Sequence record: SRR20825010_1331
DNA: 45,701 bases
Reading direction: 5' to 3' (one strand)
Under the pieces are notes generated by a model, which did not search any database, was not told the DNA's origin, and worked only from the letters and a program-made list of their open reading frames with translations. Every line of letters starts with the position of its first letter. Within the stretch, counting starts at the first letter, position 1. The position numbers and the translations under genes were made by a program. Below, one piece after another: positions 39,004-45,701 of this stretch.

Positions 39004-40739
39004 ATTGCGCCGCCGGGGGCGAGCATTTCCTCCAGTTTTGCGGTCAGGGTATCTGCTGCCACCGGCTTGAAAAGCACATCGATGTCATCTGGCAGAGTCT
39101 GGATGAAATCCGGATTGGTGTTGCCGGTAATGATGAGTGTTGGCACGGGCTGACGAAACAAAGCGGTGACGGCTTCGATCACTGAGCCAGCATTAGTATG
39201 CGGCCCAATCTGATCATCGGTAATCACCACTGACGGTGGTGCACCGCGCTCTTTCAAGGCCTGCATGGCCGGTTCCAATGCGTGGTGAGCAGATACCGTT
39301 GCGCCCAGGCTGCTGAGCAGGCCGCTGAGGGCTTCTGTGACTCTTTTATCATCATCTATCAACAGCACCGTCAGCGTTTCAAACAGCGGCAGCGCATTGA
39401 CCACGTTGTCGGCGGGCTGCGTCTGACTGATGGCTGCTGCCGGTAACGTTAAGGTGAAGGTTGTACCTTCCCCCTTGCGTGACTGCATCTGCACCGGAAT
39501 CTCGCACAGCGCCCCCAACCGGCTAACAATGGCCAAGCCCAATCCCAGTCCGTTCTGGATCGAACGTTGGTCATTGTCTATCTGCATGAATTCATCAAAC
39601 ACCTCGGACTGGTAAATGTCGTCAATGCCGATGCCGGTGTCTTCGATGTCCAGCAACAATTGTTTGTCTTGCTGCCGGGCGACGATACGAATATGCCCCT
39701 GTTCGGTGTACTTGAGGGCGTTGCTGACCAGGTTGCGAACAATACGGGCGAACATGATGCCATCGGTGAAAATGTGCTGGCCGGCCAGGTTTTCGGTGAT
39801 CACTGTCAGTTGCTTGGCGCTCGCCTGGGGACGTACTTCATCAAGGATCGGCTGCAGGGTATCGAGCAAATTGATAATACGCTTACGCGGTTTCAGTCGC
39901 TGTGACTGCAAGCGTGACAGCATGAGCAGGTGCCCCAGCAGTTCATTGCAGGAGGCAATGGCGGTATCCAGCTTGTCGACGATATCGGGTTGTGGGGCGG
40001 CATTGTTTTTCAGCATGGCGGCATACAAGGTGGCCGCCTGCAGCGGTTGCCTCAGGTCGTGGCTGGCCGCGGCGAGAAAGCGGGTCTTGCTTTCGCTGGC
40101 CTTGCTGGCGCGTTCACTGGCCTGCTCGGCTTCAATGCGCAGGGCAATGGTGCTGATTTGTGAGCGGTGGATGTAAAGGCTGAACAGCACCATGAAAATC
40201 AGATTGATTAGCGGGAGCATTTTGATGATCCCGGGCGCCTCCGGTACGTAAAGCAGAATAAAGGCCAGCCAGGCCAGATAGACCGGGGTAATGAAGCCGA
40301 TGAAAATATCCGGATACACCCCCATGGACACGGACGGAATTGAGGTGGCCACCGACAGGATAACCAGGCAGGTCAACAAGGTTACCGGCGTGGCACCTTG
40401 CAGGAAGAGATAGGGGAAACTTGACCACAAAATGGCCCAGATCACGGCAAGGTAGAGGTTTAGCCGATGCCATTTCCGGGTTTTAGGCGCTTCGTGTTCC
40501 CGATGGGCGTTGTAAAACCGGATGAGGAAAAGCGATTGTGCTGCGACACAAAGCAGTACGGTGTACCAGTCGATAAAGGGCGGCTGCGTACGCTGCTCCA
40601 GAAAAAATAATGGCAGTGCCGCCGCAATGAAAAACGACAGCACCATGCGCGACCCCACCTCCTCCATGAACAGGTTGTGGCGCTCCTGAAGGATGCGTTC
40701 GCGGTTTTCCGTCACCGCACGACGAAGGGTTTCTGGCAT
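39000..40739 (-). CDS. Hybrid sensor histidine kinase (membrane sensor, HisKA, HATPase, receiver)
   Basis: Multi-pass N-terminus, FLAAASHDLRQPL, NLVSNALKYT, DTGIGI, GLGLGL, C-terminal LLIDDD receiver. Confidence 0.93.
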   Translation of the reverse strand: MPETLRRAVTENRERILQERHNLFMEEVGSRMVLSFFIAAALPLFFLEQRTQPPFIDWYTVLLCVAAQSLFLIRFYNAHREHEAPKTRKWHRLNLYLAVIWAILWSSFPYLFLQGATPVTLLTCLVILSVATSIPSVSMGVYPDIFIGFITPVYLAWLAFILLYVPEAPGIIKMLPLINLIFMVLFSLYIHRSQISTIALRIEAEQASERASKASESKTRFLAAASHDLRQPLQAATLYAAMLKNNAAPQPDIVDKLDTAIASCNELLGHLLMLSRLQSQRLKPRKRIINLLDTLQPILDEVRPQASAKQLTVITENLAGQHIFTDGIMFARIVRNLVSNALKYTEQGHIRIVARQQDKQLLLDIEDTGIGIDDIYQSEVFDEFMQIDNDQRSIQNGLGLGLAIVSRLGALCEIPVQMQSRKGEGTTFTLTLPAAAISQTQPADNVVNALPLFETLTVLLIDDDKRVTEALSGLLSSLGATVSAHHALEPAMQALKERGAPPSVVITDDQIGPHTNAGSVIEAVTALFRQPVPTLIITGNTNPDFIQTLPDDIDVLFKPVAADTLTAKLEEMLAPGGAI

Positions 40740-40812
40740 GGCTGGCAGGTTTGTAAAATGATGATGTTCAGTCTAGCCCGATTATGACGGTGTGTAAGCG
40801 CCCCCCGTTGAA

Positions 40813-40832
40813 ATTCACCCATCAGGGTGAAG
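40813..40832. promoter_or_regulatory. Palindromic box, variant copy 5
   Basis: aTTCACCC-ATCA-GGGTGAAg with perfect 7-bp arms; TGcTCTAAT (-10-like, 40854-40859) follows after 21 bp. Confidence 0.6.
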
Positions 40833-40900
40833 AAGCGGCGTTCTCCCCGGTGCTCTAATGAGCGTCTCTCTGGGATGAGTCACTAATCGGGGTAAATGTA

Positions 40901-42445
40901 ATGATCAACAAGCAATTCACTCAACTGGCTGCCGCCATCGGCGTGGCCACCATGATGACCGCCTGTGGTGGCGGTTCTTCCAGCTCTGGCGGCGGTGGCA
41001 CCACCGTGGCAGAAGGGGGCAGTGGCTTTGTGGTATTTCCGGCGGCTGAAAGCGCCGGCGCGATTGCCGTGCGCAGCGCCACGGCACGGGCGGCGCTTCC
41101 TACGGAATACCTTTACAAAACGGGCGGTACCCCTGCCGGCACCAGCAAGATCGTTGATGACAATAACAACGGTTTTGAAGTGGGCCGTTTCGGCAGTGGT
41201 TACATGGCGGAACTGGACGGCACGTTCTACTTTGCAGGCAAGGACAGCAACGGCGATGTGGAGCTGTGGGCCACCGACGGCACCGGTGCGGGCACCGAGC
41301 GTGTGGCGGACATCTATCCCAATGGCAACGGTCAGCCGCACAATATGGTGCCGGCGGCTGGAAAATTGTTTATGAATGCTGTGGTGGATCAGTTTGGCCG
41401 CGAGCTGGTGGTTTTCGACCCCGTTTCTAATGACACAGTAGTGTTGTCGTCAAATATTAACGGCAACCCGACCAGCAATACGGCGCCTGAGTCCCTGACC
41501 CCGGTGGATGGCGGCCTGTTCTTCTTTGATCAGCCTGCCGGCGATGTCTACTTCACCGATGGTACGGCGGCAGGAACCGCGAAGATCGCCACCAATAACG
41601 ACACCATCACCGGCGGCTCTCTGACGAAATACCCGCAACTGATTGGCGATGATGATTGGTTGGGTTATAACGGCAAGCTGCTGTTTACCGGGCGTTTCAA
41701 CGCAACCGATGCAGAAACTCGTCTGTACGAGCTGGATCAAGATGGCAATATCGAGGAAGTAGCCTTTGATGATGGTGGCAGCACGGTACGGCTCGATATC
41801 ACTGAGAATGTGGTAATCAGCAACGATAAGGTCTATTTCGTTGCGGATAAGGGGACCAGCAGCACAGACCTGAATATCTTCGAGTATGATGGCAGCACGG
41901 TGACCAACCTGACCGCCAGCGAACTCAACAAGCCTTATGACGAAGATTTGGTAGGCACCTCACTGGGTGTGTTTATGTACGTGGAGCAAGCCGGGGTAAC
42001 CCCGTATCTGTTGCGCATCGATAACACCAGTGGCACTGCAGAAATTGATCCGGCAGTGCGTAGCACGGGCGATTATTCCTTCTCTGATGTTGAAGCCTGG
42101 ACCATGGTGGAGGCTAACGGTACGGTGTTCTTTGCGGCGGATACCGAGGGTGCCGGTGGCAGTGATTTCGGTACCGAACTGTGGAAGACCGATGGCACCT
42201 CGCAGGGAACGGAACTGGTCAAGGATATCGATGATACCGCGGCGGGCGCAGGTTCGGAGCCTTTCCCGTTGACGTTCATGTATCAGGTGCCGCCCACCGT
42301 GAATGGCGATTTGGGCAGCAAGTACCTGTTCGTTGCGGATGATGGCAGCTCCGGCCTGGAACCCTGGGTGTCCGATGGCTCGGCCGCGGGCACGGTTATC
42401 CTCAAGGATATCAGCGCAGGAACGGGTAGCAGCGTGATCGACTGA
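40901..42445 (+). CDS. ELWxxDGT-repeat lipoprotein (probable beta-propeller)
   Basis: MTACGGGSSSSGGG lipoprotein start; VELWATDGT, VYFTDGT, TELWKTDGT, LEPWVSDGS repeats. Confidence 0.85.
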   Translation: MINKQFTQLAAAIGVATMMTACGGGSSSSGGGGTTVAEGGSGFVVFPAAESAGAIAVRSATARAALPTEYLYKTGGTPAGTSKIVDDNNNGFEVGRFGSGYMAELDGTFYFAGKDSNGDVELWATDGTGAGTERVADIYPNGNGQPHNMVPAAGKLFMNAVVDQFGRELVVFDPVSNDTVVLSSNINGNPTSNTAPESLTPVDGGLFFFDQPAGDVYFTDGTAAGTAKIATNNDTITGGSLTKYPQLIGDDDWLGYNGKLLFTGRFNATDAETRLYELDQDGNIEEVAFDDGGSTVRLDITENVVISNDKVYFVADKGTSSTDLNIFEYDGSTVTNLTASELNKPYDEDLVGTSLGVFMYVEQAGVTPYLLRIDNTSGTAEIDPAVRSTGDYSFSDVEAWTMVEANGTVFFAADTEGAGGSDFGTELWKTDGTSQGTELVKDIDDTAAGAGSEPFPLTFMYQVPPTVNGDLGSKYLFVADDGSSGLEPWVSDGSAAGTVILKDISAGTGSSVID

Positions 42446-42465
42446 TTCAGGTTGTGAGCAATATC

Positions 42466-42494
42466 AAAGCGGGCCTCTGGCCCGCTTTTTTTTT
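42466..42494 (+). terminator. Intrinsic terminator
   Basis: AAAGCGGGCC-TCT-GGCCCGC-T9. Confidence 0.88.
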
Positions 42495-42523
42495 GGGAAA
42501 AATCCTTGCTGGCAAGTGTGTTT

Positions 42524-43471
42524 TTACGGGTGATGCGTTTCGTTATCGCTTTCAGTGTGTGAGGCAGACGTATCCCGTTGCCACACGGTGGCGAGAACAG
42601 AGCCTGACAAATTGTGCCAGACACTGAACAGGGCGCCCGGCAGCGCGGCCAGTGGGGTGAAGTGTTTGATTGCCAGCGCTACCCCCAGCCCGGAGTTCTG
42701 CATGCCCACTTCAATGGCCAGGGTACGGGCGGTTTGCCGGTCCAGACGAAATAACCGAGCGATGCCATAACCACCCAGTAACCCCAGCCCATTGTGCAGC
42801 GCTACCGCCACAAAGGCGGCCAGCCCGGCCTCCCCGATACGGCCCTGATTCAATGCCACGATGATGCCGATGACCGCCACAATGGCGGCCACGGACACCA
42901 GCGGAAAACAATCCCGTACCGGCGTGAGTTGGCGGTTGAAAAACGTATTTAATGCACAGCCTGCCACCACAGGGACGATGACGATTTGTACCAGCGACAA
43001 CAGCATGCCATCTACCGGCACCGGGATGCGCTCGCCCAGATACAGCCAAGTCAGCAAGGGTGTGGCGACCACGGCCACCAGTGTGGAGGCAAAGGTGATT
43101 GCGACGGACAGGGCCACATTGGCGCGGGCCAGATAGGCGATTACATTGGACGCCGTGCCACCGGGGCAGGCACCCACCAGCACCAGCCCGATGAGGAGTT
43201 CCTCGGGCAGTTGCAGTGCGATACCGATGCCCCAGGCGATCAATGGCATCAGGGTGTATTGCAGCACCACGCCAAGCGCAATCACCCTGGGCCGTTTGAA
43301 CACCCGCCGAAAATCCTCCCAGCTTAATGATAGCCCCATGCCGAACATGATCAGCATAAGCAGTGGCACGATGGCGGGCTTGCCGACGACTAACCACTGC
43401 GGCTGCCAGTAGGCCAGCAGGGAAAACAGCAGGGCCCAGAGTGGAAAAAGTTGTGTCAGGCGGTGGATCAT
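42524..43471 (-). CDS. Bile acid:Na+ symporter family transporter (PanS/YocS-like)
   Basis: IMFGMG, CPGGTASNV, AIEVGMQNSGL, FSVWHNLSGS. Confidence 0.92.
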   Translation of the reverse strand: MIHRLTQLFPLWALLFSLLAYWQPQWLVVGKPAIVPLLMLIMFGMGLSLSWEDFRRVFKRPRVIALGVVLQYTLMPLIAWGIGIALQLPEELLIGLVLVGACPGGTASNVIAYLARANVALSVAITFASTLVAVVATPLLTWLYLGERIPVPVDGMLLSLVQIVIVPVVAGCALNTFFNRQLTPVRDCFPLVSVAAIVAVIGIIVALNQGRIGEAGLAAFVAVALHNGLGLLGGYGIARLFRLDRQTARTLAIEVGMQNSGLGVALAIKHFTPLAALPGALFSVWHNLSGSVLATVWQRDTSASHTESDNETHHP

Positions 43472-43539
43472 GGAATGGCCCCGTGACGGAAAAACCGTCA
43501 GTGTAAGCGTTTGGTAAAGAGGGCGCACAGGAGGCTTGG

Positions 43540-43889
43540 ATGAAGCCGGTGATTCAGGAAGACGTGACGGGTTGCGGCATTGCCGCAGTGGCCGCCCTGG
43601 CGGGGGTGAGCTACCGCCGGGCGAGGCAGCGGGCAGCCCGGTTGGGGATCGACCCGGCAGACCGCACGCTGTGGTCGGATACCGCTTATGTGCGGCGGTT
43701 GCTGGCGGCGTATGGGTTGCGGGCGCTGCCGGGTGAGCAGCCCTTTTCCGGTTGGCAGGGGCTGCCGGAACGGGGACTGCTGGCGATTAAGTGGCACCGG
43801 GAAAACGGCAAGCCGTTCTGGCACTGGGTGTATTTGTCCGCGACGGTCAGGAGACGTTTGTGCTGGATTCAAAGCGCGTAGCTCAATAG
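43540..43889 (+). pseudogene. C39-like papain-fold peptidase gene, apparently frameshifted near 43830
   Basis: QEDVTGCGIA (catalytic Cys) and HWV (His) in frame 0; the -1 frame continues VFVRDGQETFVLDSKRVAQ* and contains the expected Asp. Confidence 0.6.
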
Positions 43890-44744
43890 CAGGGGTAGCA
43901 GCAAAAATGCCAGCAAAGTGGAAATCACTACCATGGCAGCGACTTCTTCCGCGCCCCGGTTGTAGGCTTTGGCGAGCAGATAATTGAATACTGCCACGGG
44001 CATGGTGGATTCGATCAGCACCACCCCGCGTAGCGGGCCGTCGATGTCCAGTGCTGTCACCAGCCCCCATCCCACCGCGAAGCCACTGGCCAGCCGCAGG
44101 ACCGCAAACCCGGCTCCGCTACCCAGATGGCGGACTTTCAGCTGCGACAGGGACACCCCCAGTGTAATCAGCATCAAGGGAATGGTCAGATCGCCGATCA
44201 GGCTGACGGTGTTGTAGAGCCACTCAGGCAGGTTTAGCTGGAAAGCGACCATGGCCACGGCCAGAAACACAGAGATCAGAATCGGGTGGCGAAACAGTTT
44301 CAGGGAAAAGCCCTGGCCACTGACGATGGCCAGCCCCAGGGAAAAATGTGCCACGGAGTAGAGCATCATCCACGCCAGCGACAATGCCAATCCGGCTTCG
44401 CCAAACGCGAGCATACACAGCGGAATGCCCATGTTGCCGGTGTTGGGGAAGACCAGTGAAGGTAGAAACACCCGAAAGGGCTGACCGGTGAGGCGCAGTA
44501 TCACCGCGCTGACCACGAAAGTGGTGGCCAGTACCGCCACTGCCAGACCGGCCACTTCCATGAGCGCCTGCAGGTCCAGATCCGTCTTGCCCATGGTGGC
44601 CACAATCAGACAAGGGGTAGTGACCAGGGTGACCAGCGAGGTGACCATCTGGGTGTCAAAAGGCTTGCCCGCTCGCGCCCAGCCATAGCCCAGGCCTGCG
44701 CATAGCAGCACGGGAGCAATGATGGTCCAGAGAGTGGCCAGCAT
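43869..44744 (-). CDS. AEC (auxin efflux carrier) family transporter
   Basis: FPNTGNMGIPL..FG, IPLMLITLG, MPVAVFNY, VVISTL. Confidence 0.9.
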   Translation of the reverse strand: MLATLWTIIAPVLLCAGLGYGWARAGKPFDTQMVTSLVTLVTTPCLIVATMGKTDLDLQALMEVAGLAVAVLATTFVVSAVILRLTGQPFRVFLPSLVFPNTGNMGIPLCMLAFGEAGLALSLAWMMLYSVAHFSLGLAIVSGQGFSLKLFRHPILISVFLAVAMVAFQLNLPEWLYNTVSLIGDLTIPLMLITLGVSLSQLKVRHLGSGAGFAVLRLASGFAVGWGLVTALDIDGPLRGVVLIESTMPVAVFNYLLAKAYNRGAEEVAAMVVISTLLAFLLLPLLLSYAL

Positions 44745-44859
44745 GATCGGTAATCCACAGGTTGGTGATTGGAGACGCAGTGTGAAAGGTGTGCCGTGAT
44801 CTGTCTATGCTGGCTTACTGGTTATGTTGGGGCAGCGAAAGGTGAACCGTGCCGTTTTT

Positions 44860-44882
44860 CTGTAGGAGCGTCGCTCCTACAG
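44860..44882. repeat. Fused inverted GTAG REP ends
   Basis: CTGTAGGAGCG-T-CGCTCCTACAG perfect palindrome. Confidence 0.7.
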
Positions 44883-44900
44883 TAGAGGGGGTATTGATTC

Positions 44901-45596
44901 TCAGACAGTGAGGTAACTCTTGATCAGGGTGTCATCCAATTCGCCCATATTGCCCTCTGCCACTTTGCTGCCACGATCCAGAATGGCAAAGCGGTCGGCG
45001 GTGGCGCGGGCGAAGTGAAGTTTCTGTTCGACCAATAGCACGGTCAACCCTTCCTGCCGGTTCAGGGTTTTGATTACCCGGCCGATCATGTCGACGATGT
45101 TGGGTTGGATGCCTTCAGTGGGCTCGTCGAGAATCAGTAGTGTTGGGTCCAGTGCCAGGGCGCGGCCGATGGCCAGTTGCTGTTGCTGCCCGCCGGACAG
45201 ATCGCCTCCACGACGGTTACGCATCTCATGCAGCACGGGGAAAAGATCGTATATGCGGTCCGGGATTTTTTTGCTGCGATCGGGGCGTGCTTGCAGGCCG
45301 GTTTCCAGGTTTTCTTCCACGGTAAGCAGGGGGAAAATTTCCCGGCCCTGGGGAACATACCCAATCCCGGCGCGGGCGCGCTCTTCCGCGGCCTGTCGCG
45401 CAAAGTCCTGGCCGTTGAACTCAATGCTGCCGCCTTTTACGGGCAGCAGGCCCATAATGGTTTTCAGCAGGGTGGTCTTGCCCACGCCGTTGCGGCCCAT
45501 GACACACAGGCATTCGCCTTTTTTCATGTCCAGGTCCACATCCCAGAGGGTGTGGGATTCGCCGTAGTATTGGTTGACGTTGTTCAGTTTCAGCAC
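44901..45596 (-). CDS. urtE: Urea ABC transporter ATP-binding subunit
   Basis: NQYYGESHTL, GRNGVGKTT, YVPQGREIFP.LTVEENL, RRGGDLSGGQQQQLAI, LDEPTEGIQPNI; GTG start with GGAG RBS. Confidence 0.9.
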   Translation of the reverse strand: MLKLNNVNQYYGESHTLWDVDLDMKKGECLCVMGRNGVGKTTLLKTIMGLLPVKGGSIEFNGQDFARQAAEERARAGIGYVPQGREIFPLLTVEENLETGLQARPDRSKKIPDRIYDLFPVLHEMRNRRGGDLSGGQQQQLAIGRALALDPTLLILDEPTEGIQPNIVDMIGRVIKTLNRQEGLTVLLVEQKLHFARATADRFAILDRGSKVAEGNMGELDDTLIKSYLTV

Positions 45597-45628
45597 GGTT
45601 TTACTCCGTAACATTATTTCGAAGCCGT

Positions 45629-45698
45629 TGTAGGAGCGCCGCTTGAGGCGCGAATATCGAGTTTCGAGTTTCGAGTTACGAGAAGCGAGTTTCGAAAG
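45629..45698 (+). repeat. GTAG-type REP followed by a heptamer tandem repeat
   Basis: TGTAGGAGCGCCGCTTGAGGCGCGAAT, then nCGAnnn units at a 7-bp period (TCGAGTT x3 plus degenerate units) to the window edge. Confidence 0.75.
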
Positions 45699-45701
45699 GC
45701 A

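Noticed and set aside
71-45611. Many long overlapping ORFs (e.g. 23834-25063 -, 9214-10125 -, 4771-5700 -, 18605-19459 -)
   Set aside because: They are antisense or alternate-frame shadows of well-supported genes in GC-rich DNA, with no motifs.

Overview
GC-rich gammaproteobacterial chromosomal window. Gene content (alkB, BVMO, urtE, GTAG-type REPs) suggests a marine hydrocarbon degrader such as Alcanivorax; this is an inference. Most genes are recognisable metabolic or stress genes: nitronate monooxygenase, a TetR/diiron/BVMO unit, ABC-F, hemH, NAD-type isocitrate dehydrogenase, soxR with two Sox boxes, a MexEF-OprN-like RND pump, bestrophin, an IgaA homologue, an AlkB-rubredoxin fusion, pdxH, a NarL/LuxR response regulator with a hybrid kinase, and urtE. 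Orphan secreted or lipoprotein genes are interspersed among them. The main unexplained signal is a 20-bp imperfect palindrome (CATCCCnnATnTGGGGGATG and two covarying variants) found five times. Each copy lies upstream of an orphan exported-protein gene, and in four cases it sits 20-21 bp before a -10-like hexamer (lux-box geometry). This suggests a dispersed regulon of uncharacterised exported proteins. No rRNA, tRNA, CRISPR array, integrase or transposase was seen.
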